Part shown: positions 44,835-52,898 of the stretch, piece by piece
Numbering within the stretch: the first letter of the stretch is position 1
Layout: every line of letters begins with the position of its first letter
Source: Deltaproteobacteria bacterium
Lineage (GTDB): Bacteria > Myxococcota_A > UBA796 > UBA9615
Direction of reading: 5' to 3'
Assembly: GCA_023954745.1 (NCBI GenBank)
Contig: JAGSHC010000005.1
Span: 4,550 to 68,549, forward strand
Length of the DNA stretch: 64,000 nucleotides
Position numbers and translations under genes: made by a program
The notes under the pieces: generated by a model
The model's input: the letters and a program-made list of their open reading frames with translations, nothing else
Database searches by the model: none
What the model was told of the DNA's origin: nothing

Positions 44835-45742
44835 CCTCGGGTCTCCGCGAAGTGGCGTGCCAAGGCCAGGAGCCCACCGATCGATACGACGATGGCGAGG
44901 GTGGGGGCGAGGAGCGCCAGGGCGGCGCCCTCGTTGATGGCCCGCTCCAGCCCAAGAGCGATGTCCCACGGGGCCCAGCTGTCGGGCCGGGCCAGAGACC
45001 GCACGTGAATCACCTGGCTGCGCACATCGGAGAGGATGTTCCCCCACGAGGGACGCGGCGGCGGCACACCGTAGTCGCCGAGGTAGGAGAGGGACGTCTC
45101 CACGAGGAGGAACGAGGCGAAGAGCAGGCAGCACTGGCGAAGGACGAGTTCACGGCAGTTGGCCCACAGGATATGCACGAAGAGAATCCGGTGGTCGGGC
45201 AGCCCATGGGCTCGCGCTGCCTCGACGAACTGTGCGCGCTGAAAGGTGAGGACCCGCTCCGAGAGCTCCTGGGCGAGTTGGGGCACAAAGGAGATCGCCA
45301 CCAACAGCGCCAGCACGTACAGCCTCAGGCCGGCCCACTCGGCAGGGTCGGAGACCGACACCATGAAGATCGCGACGACCACCACGACCAAGACCAGCCG
45401 GGGCCACGCCCCGACGATCGTGAGACCCAGGCGTGCCACGGCCGTGGCCTTGGCCCGAGGCCAGAATCCGATGGCAGCTCCGAGGGGGACCCCTACCAGG
45501 AGGGCCACGAGCACGGCGAACAGCCCCGGAACGGCAAAGGCTTCAGTGGATTCGATCATGCGCACCAACAGGTCTCGCCCGAGCTGATCGGTGCCGAGAA
45601 GGTGGGCTGAGGACGGGCCCAATAGCGGTGCGTCGGTCGGCTCGGCGGGGTCCACGTGCACGAAGAGCGCGAGCAGGCGCACCCCGACCAGGATGGACAC
45701 GACGATGGCGCCCAGGACTGCGCTCAGGGAGCGAAGCCTCAT
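44831..45742 (-). CDS. ABC peptide transporter permease (DppC/OppC-like)
   Basis: A six-TM BPD_transp_1-type permease. It overlaps its neighbours by 4 nt. Confidence 0.75.
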   Translation of the reverse strand: MRLRSLSAVLGAIVVSILVGVRLLALFVHVDPAEPTDAPLLGPSSAHLLGTDQLGRDLLVRMIESTEAFAVPGLFAVLVALLVGVPLGAAIGFWPRAKATAVARLGLTIVGAWPRLVLVVVVVAIFMVSVSDPAEWAGLRLYVLALLVAISFVPQLAQELSERVLTFQRAQFVEAARAHGLPDHRILFVHILWANCRELVLRQCCLLFASFLLVETSLSYLGDYGVPPPRPSWGNILSDVRSQVIHVRSLARPDSWAPWDIALGLERAINEGAALALLAPTLAIVVSIGGLLALARHFAETRG

Positions 45743-46608
45743 GCAACGCCCCGAGAGAGGTCCCGCCGGTCCTTGCGTACCCGAGGGTCGACCAGCACGC
45801 GCAGCACATCGACGCCCAGCGACGCCCCGGCGACGAGGGCGGTCACGAACACTGTGATCGCGACGAGTAGCGGCAAGTCCGCGGTGTCCGCCGCCCGGTA
45901 CCCGATGAGACCCAGCCCCTGGATCCCCAGGACCATCTCCAGCACGAGCACGCCTCCGATGAGCCAGGCGGTCCGCGAGGCCGCGATCTGGGCCACCGGG
46001 AGCGCCATGTGAGCGAGCACGTGCTTCCAGACCGACGTGCCCCGGAGCCGCGCTGACTGGATGAAGTCGCGCTCACGCAGCCGCCGGTACTCGGAGTCCA
46101 GTCCAAGGAGCACGTCCGACAGCATGCCGTCTCCCATGGCGAGGATGACCACAGCGGCGAAGCTCTGGCGTGGTCCCTCGGGCGGCACGGCAAAGAGCAC
46201 CAGGGCGAGATAGCCGAGCAGGAACACGGGACAAAGGGAGAGGGCGTGGAGCGCCCCTCGGAGCACCCGGCCAAGACGACCGAGCCGGTCACCGATGGCA
46301 AGGACGAGCACCGCGCCGCTGCCCAGAGACAAGATCAGGGCCATGGCGATGAGGGGCAAGGATCGCAGCGCCCCCCGCCAGACCATCTCGTGCACCGGGA
46401 CTCCCCGATACGAGCGTCCGAGGTCCCCGGTGAACACGCCGCGCCAGAAGGACACAAGCCAGTCGAGGAACGAGGCGTTGCCGGTTTCGGCGGCCTTCTC
46501 GGCTGCTCCGGGCACCGTCCAGAGCAGCCCGCCGAACACGACAGAGCTGACGAACACCACGAGGGCGAAGGAGAGCGCTCGACGACCGAGGAGTCGGAGC
46601 GCGGGCAT
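45739..46608 (-). CDS. ABC peptide transporter permease (DppB/OppB-like)
   Basis: Permease with a C-terminal ...VLVDPRVR. The start was set at the ATG MPALRLLGRR. The longer ORF has a junk-like R/G-rich N-terminus. Confidence 0.65.
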   Translation of the reverse strand: MPALRLLGRRALSFALVVFVSSVVFGGLLWTVPGAAEKAAETGNASFLDWLVSFWRGVFTGDLGRSYRGVPVHEMVWRGALRSLPLIAMALILSLGSGAVLVLAIGDRLGRLGRVLRGALHALSLCPVFLLGYLALVLFAVPPEGPRQSFAAVVILAMGDGMLSDVLLGLDSEYRRLRERDFIQSARLRGTSVWKHVLAHMALPVAQIAASRTAWLIGGVLVLEMVLGIQGLGLIGYRAADTADLPLLVAITVFVTALVAGASLGVDVLRVLVDPRVRKDRRDLSRGVA

Positions 46609-46628
46609 CGAACTGCCCAAGGCCGTGG

Positions 46629-48185
46629 CTACCGGCCTCCGACGGCCGTCATCGTCCAGTCCGGGAACTGGGAGAAGTAATAGAACGGCTGGATGAAGAC
46701 CGATTCCACTTCGCGGCGCAGCGCGGTGTAGGAGCGAAGGCTCCAGAGGAAGACGTAGGGCGACTCCTGGGCCAGCTGCCGATGCACTTCCTGCATGTAG
46801 ACGACCTTCGCGGCGGGGTCCGTCTCGGCGATGGCCTTCTCGAGGAGAGAGTCCACCTCCTTGTTCGCGAAGCCCACGAAGTTCTGGGTGCCGTCGCTGT
46901 GGAAGAGGTCGTAGATGTTCTCGTTCTTGTCGAAGGACCAGCTGTCGAGCACCAGGTCGAAGTCGCGCTCGCTGAAGACCTTCTCGTTCCACACCGCCTT
47001 GTCCATGGCGACGGGGTCGGACGCGTCCAGACCGAAGCGGCGGAGCTGCGCCTGCAGGTTGAGCGCCACCGTCTGGCCCTGATCGCCCATGCCGGCGCGG
47101 TAGAAGATGCGCAGCTTCAGAGCCTCGCCCTTCATCTTCCACTGGGACTCGCCCTCGCGCTCGTAGCCCGCCGTCTCCATCAGCTGGGTGGCCTCGGCGA
47201 CGTCGTGATCGACGAGCTTCACCGACTCGGCGTGGTTGTAGTACTTGCTGGACGGAACGAACGGACCCGAGATGCGGTAGCCCTCGCCGATCAGCGCCAG
47301 CGAGGCGTCGAAGTCCACGGCCCGCGCGATGGCAGCCCGCACGGGGTCCTCCTTCAGGGCCGAGTTCTTGAAGTTCATGCCGAGGTACCACCACGACTTG
47401 CTCTGGTAGGGGATCAAGTCCGCGTTTCGACTGCGCTCGACCTCGGCGAGGTACTGCGAGGGCACATTCACCATCGCCTGGATGTAGCCGTACCCCAGCG
47501 AACTGACCTGCTGGTTCTTGTCCGGCATCTCGCGGACCTTGACCTCAGAGACGGCCGGCTTGCGCATGGCCTCGTTGTTCGCCTGGAGCGACCAGGTCCC
47601 GAGGTCCTGGGCCTTGAGGGTGTACGGACCGGAGGTGGTGGGCTTGAACCAGAAGGGGTGGGTGCGCGGCACCGCCGGAGTCTCGAAGCGATGGGCCGGG
47701 AGGATCTTGAAGTAGAACTTCTCCAGGGGCTCGAACTCGGGATCGTGGAACGTCAGCTTGACCGTGGTCTTCGCAGTGGCTTCGGCCTTCTTGATGAAGG
47801 CGAGGCGCGAGCGGTCGGGGCTGTCGGTCTTCGGGTTCTGGTAGGCCTTGATGCTGAAGACGACGTCTTCGGCAGTGATCGGCAGTCCATCCGACCAGCG
47901 CAGGCCCTCCTTGATGAAGACCTGCATCTCCATCTTGTCCTGCGAGAGGTCGTAGGCGTCGGCAAGGCGCGGCTCGGGGTAGCCGTCGTAGCCCGGGCCC
48001 CAGAGCGACTCGAAGAGCAGCTCGTTCAAGCGCGTCTCCGCCATCGACAGCTCATGGAGCGGATTCAGCGAATACGCGAGCTCGTCCTCGGCGAACTCAA
48101 AGCCTTCCGCACCGGCGTGCCCGGACGCAGAGAGCATGAGCCCCGCGAGAGCGAGGACGGTGGCTGAACGAAACGTGATGCTCAT
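46629..48185 (-). CDS. ABC transporter substrate-binding protein, family 5 (peptide/nickel)
   Basis: Signal peptide MSITFRSATVLALAGLMLSASGHAGA and the SBP_bac_5 architecture (~518 aa). Confidence 0.75.
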   Translation of the reverse strand: MSITFRSATVLALAGLMLSASGHAGAEGFEFAEDELAYSLNPLHELSMAETRLNELLFESLWGPGYDGYPEPRLADAYDLSQDKMEMQVFIKEGLRWSDGLPITAEDVVFSIKAYQNPKTDSPDRSRLAFIKKAEATAKTTVKLTFHDPEFEPLEKFYFKILPAHRFETPAVPRTHPFWFKPTTSGPYTLKAQDLGTWSLQANNEAMRKPAVSEVKVREMPDKNQQVSSLGYGYIQAMVNVPSQYLAEVERSRNADLIPYQSKSWWYLGMNFKNSALKEDPVRAAIARAVDFDASLALIGEGYRISGPFVPSSKYYNHAESVKLVDHDVAEATQLMETAGYEREGESQWKMKGEALKLRIFYRAGMGDQGQTVALNLQAQLRRFGLDASDPVAMDKAVWNEKVFSERDFDLVLDSWSFDKNENIYDLFHSDGTQNFVGFANKEVDSLLEKAIAETDPAAKVVYMQEVHRQLAQESPYVFLWSLRSYTALRREVESVFIQPFYYFSQFPDWTMTAVGGR

Positions 48186-48267
48186 CCTCGTCAAATTCCC
48201 CGACCCAATGGTACGCAAAGTCGCTTCTCCGTGCTCGCGCGGCGCTGATTCTGCCAGTGCGCGACGT

Positions 48268-49797
48268 CTACTGCTGACTGGTCTTCCCCTGGACGCCAAT
48301 CCCGCTGGCCGCGTCCAGTTGGCCCAACTGGTAGGCGGCACCCGCAAGACCTGGGAACCGCTCGACCAGTGGATGGAGGTATTCCCGGCCCACGCCGGGG
48401 CGTCGTCCCGCGCTGTGCACGCCCCCCAGACGCACCAGAAACCCTGCGTCGTTTCGATGGGAGATTCGCGTCATGTCGTCCCCTGCCCCACTCGACGCCA
48501 CGTCGAGACTTCGTTCCCCCAGCCTCAAGGCCACGACGGGGGCGCCTGCGTCGGAGACCTCGATCATGCGTCGCCTGAGGAGTTGGTCAGCGAACCTTCG
48601 AGACAGCTCGAGGTCGCGTACGAGGCTCTTTCCGTCAGGCGAGCTGGCGAGCCCCTCGAGGCTCTGGCCCAGGCTTTGGTCGAGGCGAGCCTCGAAGCGC
48701 AGGACACGGTCGACGTCCGCGGGCGTGAGTCCCTCCGTGAGGCGCTCCGCGGGAACTGCCGCCGCAACGCGGGCGAGCAGCGAGGACCCCCCGGGGAGCC
48801 CCCAGCTCGCTCGGAGATCCGCGCCGTCGAGCCAGGCCCCCCCGAACCAGGTGAGGGCGGGTTCGACCGTTCCCTTCGCCGGGGTTGGTGGGGCGAGGGT
48901 CGGCGCGGCCTCACCCCAGGCATCGTGGGCGATGGAGACGAGCTCTTGCCCAGCTTCGCCAGCGGCCCCGGCATGGGTCAGGACGCTGAGGAGCTCCGCG
49001 CGCAGGCGGGCCCTCGAGACCTCCGGATCCCACCAGGAGATCGTGAACTCCAGCCCCGCTGCGGCGTCCTCGCCTAGAGGATCGACGTAATCGGGGCTGG
49101 CGGTGTCGAGGGTGCTGGAGGCCGGCTGTTCGCCAGCAGCGAGCGTCGCGCCGGCCGCCAGCCGTTCGGCCAGGGGGCTGGGAAGACCAGCCGGTGGGGC
49201 GGTCCCCGAGGAGCGGGCCTCGAGCAGCGCAAGGAGCGCCGTCCCCGGAGCTGGGTCGACTCCTTCCCCAGGCGTCCAGGCGCGGGCTCGTTTCAGCGAG
49301 GCTGAAGTCCCCTCCCCGTTGGGGGCAAGGGCTTGCAAGGACAGCGCTGCGAGGAGGGGCTCGTAGGCACCCACTCGAATGCGGTCCGCGCGCAAGGCGC
49401 GGTACTCGACCCCCTCGGGGACGATGCGCTCCTGCAGGTCCCGGGCGGCGACCAGGACGTCCGCGCGGGCGAGGGCGACGCGAGCCAGGCCGAGCTGCAC
49501 TGCGGGGTGGGTGGAGTCCGGGGACGCGAGGAACGCAGCCTCTGCCTGGGAGAGCTCGCCGCGGAACAGGGCCAGCCACCCTTCGCCGCCCGGTCCGTCA
49601 ATGAGGCCTGCGACTGCGTCGGGCTGGGATGGCACGGCGGCGTACCAGGTGCCTGCCACGACAGATGCGAGGGCGTCCCGGTCTTCGCTGGCCACGGCGG
49701 GCGGGGCGCCCTCGTCGGAGGGGCCACAGCCGGCGGTGACGAGACCGAGAGTAGCGAGGAGGAGTGCCGGTCCGCGCCTTGCGCGGAGCCGCGTCAA
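48268..49797 (-). CDS. Ala-rich hypothetical lipoprotein
   Basis: Lipobox LLLATLGLVTAGC. A ~500-aa A/L/G-rich helical protein with a 4-nt overlap with the kinase gene upstream. Confidence 0.45.
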   Translation of the reverse strand: MTRLRARRGPALLLATLGLVTAGCGPSDEGAPPAVASEDRDALASVVAGTWYAAVPSQPDAVAGLIDGPGGEGWLALFRGELSQAEAAFLASPDSTHPAVQLGLARVALARADVLVAARDLQERIVPEGVEYRALRADRIRVGAYEPLLAALSLQALAPNGEGTSASLKRARAWTPGEGVDPAPGTALLALLEARSSGTAPPAGLPSPLAERLAAGATLAAGEQPASSTLDTASPDYVDPLGEDAAAGLEFTISWWDPEVSRARLRAELLSVLTHAGAAGEAGQELVSIAHDAWGEAAPTLAPPTPAKGTVEPALTWFGGAWLDGADLRASWGLPGGSSLLARVAAAVPAERLTEGLTPADVDRVLRFEARLDQSLGQSLEGLASSPDGKSLVRDLELSRRFADQLLRRRMIEVSDAGAPVVALRLGERSLDVASSGAGDDMTRISHRNDAGFLVRLGGVHSAGRRPGVGREYLHPLVERFPGLAGAAYQLGQLDAASGIGVQGKTSQQ

Positions 49798-52700
49798 AGG
49801 GCTCCCTCGGACAGATCCTGGAGTGCAGCGATGGCGTCCTCGGCTCGGGTCGCCTCACGGGGCCGGTACGTGTTGTTGGCCATGTGGCGGTAGCGCTTCC
49901 ACACCGCGATCGCGTCGGACAGGTAGTCCAGGTTCTCGGTGCCCTGGTACAGGCCCTTGTAGGACTTGGCCTGGATCTCCCAGATCTTGAGCTGTCGGTC
50001 GGTCCGTGATCGCGCGGGGATGTCCTGCGCATGGAGTTCCGCGACCCGAGAGGTCTCCAGGGCGTCTTCGTAGCGCCCCTGGCGGAGGTGGCACTTGCTC
50101 ATCTCCAGGTTCCACTGCGGGTCTGCGTAGTTCCCGGGCTGTCCGAGCACCTCGCCGGCGAGGTCGCAGTGCTTTGCGCCATCGCCGGTCGCTTCGAACT
50201 GCGCGAGGAGCACGGCGCGGCTGTTCTCGTAGGAAGACGCCGAGGGGGCAATGGCTTCGAGCTGCTCGATGGCGTCTGCCTCGAGGCGGCCACGGCGCGC
50301 GGCGTCGCTGTAGTCGTCGATCACCTGCTGTGCGCTCGGCGCGTCGACCATGGCGACGGCGTCGTCGGAGGTCGCGCTGTCGCTCGATCCGGAGTCCTCG
50401 TCGCCGTAGGGGGAGCGCACGTCGCTCGAGGCAGTGTCCCAGTCATCGCTGGACGACGAGCCTGAGTCGCTGCTCGATGAGGCGGTGGCGTCGCTGCGGG
50501 GCGAGGAGCCACTGGAACGCGACGAACCCGACGAACCGCTAGACCCGGACGAACTCGACGAGCCACCGGTGTATCGAGGCTCTGCGGCGCGGGACGAGGA
50601 ACCAGAGTCCGAGCTCGCCGATCGGCTACTGCTCGATCCCGTGTCGCGCGAAGACGAACGCGACGTGGTGTCCCGGGCGGACGAACTCGAGCTTCGGGAG
50701 TCGGAGGCCCTTGCCGAGGAACTCGAACTGCGCGCGCTCGCCCCCCCTGTGTTCGACGTCGAAGACCGGCTGCTCGAGGCCGAGGCGCGCGAGTCCGAGG
50801 AGCGGCTGCCGGAGCTGCTCCGGTCGCTGGTGTTGGACCGCGACGACGCCACGGCCGCGGGGGTCGGGTCGGGGTCTCGCTCCGGCGTGGGCGCTGCGGC
50901 CTCGGCGTCAGAGCCGGCGTCGGCCACCGCGTCTCCGCTGTCGCCTGATGCCTCGGACTCCGAGGCGCCCTCGGCGCTGGCGGAGTCCTGGGCCTTTGCG
51001 TCGGCCTCTTCCGTGGATGCAGCATCCTGACCAGCGAGAGGCTCCGCGCCCGTCTCGAGATCACCCGTCGCGATGGCATCCCCACCCGGGTCACTGCCCG
51101 GGAGCATCAGCCACACGACCGCGCCGAGCAGCAAGACCACGACGGCCACGGCTACGTACACGGCCATGTTGCTGCCGCCCTCGTCCCAGTCGTCGTACCC
51201 GTCGTCGTACCCGTCGTCCGCTCCGTCCACGTCCATCATCACCGGTTCGGGCGAGCTGTTGGCGGCTCTAGCCACCGGAGCAGCCTGGACCGGTGCTGGC
51301 TTCGGCGGAGGCGGCGCAGCGGCAACGGGCGGCGGTGGCGGTGCCGCCACCGGCTTCGGCTTGATGGGAGGAGTCGGGACGCCCGCGGGAGGAATGGTGG
51401 GCTTGCTGGCGGCCATCGACGCGGTTGCGGCCACGTTCGCCCCAGCCGCCCCAGCCGCCCCAGCCGCCGCCGCAGCTGCGGCCTTCGCCTTGTCCCTCTT
51501 CTTCTGGCGACGTGATCGCTTGCCCTTCGGAGCCGGTGCCCCGGGATTCGTGGCCCGCGCAGCGGGGGACTGAGAGGCAGCTGCGAGCTCGGCCCGGGCC
51601 TGAAGTCCCGTCGCCGAGGGGGGGGCTGCCACGTCGTCGGAGACCGTCTTCGCCTGGGTCGGGGTGCGGGGAAGAGGCGGCTGAGGGGGAGCCGTGGGCG
51701 CGTTCCCCGGCTCCGTCTTCGCCATGTTGGTGAGAGAGACGGGTGGCGGCGGCGCTGCCTTCAGGTTCTTCTTGGACTCGGTGTCCTTGAGCACCAGGGC
51801 CTTCAGAGCCGCGACGGACTCCGCAAACGCGACCTCCTGTGCGGGCGTCTCCTCCACAGTGCTCGCCGGCTCGGGGGGCGCGGCGTCGGGAAGGTCAACA
51901 GGCTCGTCGGGCTCGTCGACGTTGGCCGTCGCGAGGTTTGTTCCCTCGGAGAGGCGCCCGGCGGCGTCCCGGGCGAGCTGCGTGATCTTCGCCATGTACT
52001 CGCGGAGGTGCGACGGCGAGAGGTCGACCTTCATCTGTTCCGCGACGAAGCGCAGGTCCTTGAGGACGAGGCCCATGCTCTGGTACCGAAGCTCGCGCTT
52101 CCGAGCGAGCATCCGCAGCAGAATCATCCGAAGTCCGGGCTCGATGCCCTTCTTGGTGATGTCCTTGAGCCCGACGTTGAGGTCCTTGATGGAGTTGATG
52201 ACCGTCAGGTAGTTGGTGCCATCGACCAGCTTCTCGAGCGTCAACATCTCCCAGAAGACGGCGCCGAGGCTGAAGATGTCGCTCGCGGGCGTGAGGTTCT
52301 GCTCTCCGCTCGCCTGCTCGGGCGACATGTAGTTGGCGGTGCCCTTGACCACCGAGCCGGTGTTGCTGGTGTCGCCCACGCGCGCAATACCGAAGTCCGT
52401 CAGCTTGACGATCCCGCGATTGCTGATGAGCACGTTGCTCGGCTTGATGTCCCGGTGGATGAGCCGGATCGGCTTGCCGTCCATGTCCGTCGCCGAGTGG
52501 GCGAAGTCCAGGGCTTCACAAAGAGACAGGGCGATGTGGAAGAAGATCGACAGCGGGAATCGGAGGTCGTGGTCCCGGTGCACCTGGATCGCCTGTGCAA
52601 CATCGATCCCGTCGATGTACTCCATGACGATGTAGTAGTCGTCGTCGATCCGGCGAAGGTCGTTTACTCGCACGATGTTGGTGTGCTGGAGCTGCCCGAG

Positions 52701-52898
52701 CAGCTTCGCCTCTTGGACCAACTGACGAATGAAGTACTGGTCGAGGGCGAAGCCGCCGTGAAGCCGCTTCAGGGCCACGAGGGTCTTGAAGTCCTCGTCG
52801 CCTTCACGCTCGGCGAGGAAGACTTCGGCCATCCCGCCCTCGCCGATCTTTCTCAGCAGGGTGAACTCGCCGCGCTTCTGAGGGAACGTCAACATCAC
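49794..52898 (-). CDS. Membrane Ser/Thr protein kinase with a P/A-rich linker, TM, long Ser-rich and TPR-like extracytoplasmic region (1034 aa)
   Basis: Hanks kinase motifs GEGGMAEVF, VALKRL, HRDIKPSNVL, DFGIA and SPEQ. The TM is MAVYVAVAVVVLLLGAVVWLMLPG. It has a >150-aa stretch of S/R/D/T simple sequence and a C-terminal helical repeat domain. Confidence 0.8.
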   Translation of the reverse strand: MMLTFPQKRGEFTLLRKIGEGGMAEVFLAEREGDEDFKTLVALKRLHGGFALDQYFIRQLVQEAKLLGQLQHTNIVRVNDLRRIDDDYYIVMEYIDGIDVAQAIQVHRDHDLRFPLSIFFHIALSLCEALDFAHSATDMDGKPIRLIHRDIKPSNVLISNRGIVKLTDFGIARVGDTSNTGSVVKGTANYMSPEQASGEQNLTPASDIFSLGAVFWEMLTLEKLVDGTNYLTVINSIKDLNVGLKDITKKGIEPGLRMILLRMLARKRELRYQSMGLVLKDLRFVAEQMKVDLSPSHLREYMAKITQLARDAAGRLSEGTNLATANVDEPDEPVDLPDAAPPEPASTVEETPAQEVAFAESVAALKALVLKDTESKKNLKAAPPPPVSLTNMAKTEPGNAPTAPPQPPLPRTPTQAKTVSDDVAAPPSATGLQARAELAAASQSPAARATNPGAPAPKGKRSRRQKKRDKAKAAAAAAAGAAGAAGANVAATASMAASKPTIPPAGVPTPPIKPKPVAAPPPPPVAAAPPPPKPAPVQAAPVARAANSSPEPVMMDVDGADDGYDDGYDDWDEGGSNMAVYVAVAVVVLLLGAVVWLMLPGSDPGGDAIATGDLETGAEPLAGQDAASTEEADAKAQDSASAEGASESEASGDSGDAVADAGSDAEAAAPTPERDPDPTPAAVASSRSNTSDRSSSGSRSSDSRASASSSRSSTSNTGGASARSSSSSARASDSRSSSSSARDTTSRSSSRDTGSSSSRSASSDSGSSSRAAEPRYTGGSSSSSGSSGSSGSSRSSGSSPRSDATASSSSDSGSSSSDDWDTASSDVRSPYGDEDSGSSDSATSDDAVAMVDAPSAQQVIDDYSDAARRGRLEADAIEQLEAIAPSASSYENSRAVLLAQFEATGDGAKHCDLAGEVLGQPGNYADPQWNLEMSKCHLRQGRYEDALETSRVAELHAQDIPARSRTDRQLKIWEIQAKSYKGLYQGTENLDYLSDAIAVWKRYRHMANNTYRPREATRAEDAIAALQDLSEGAL

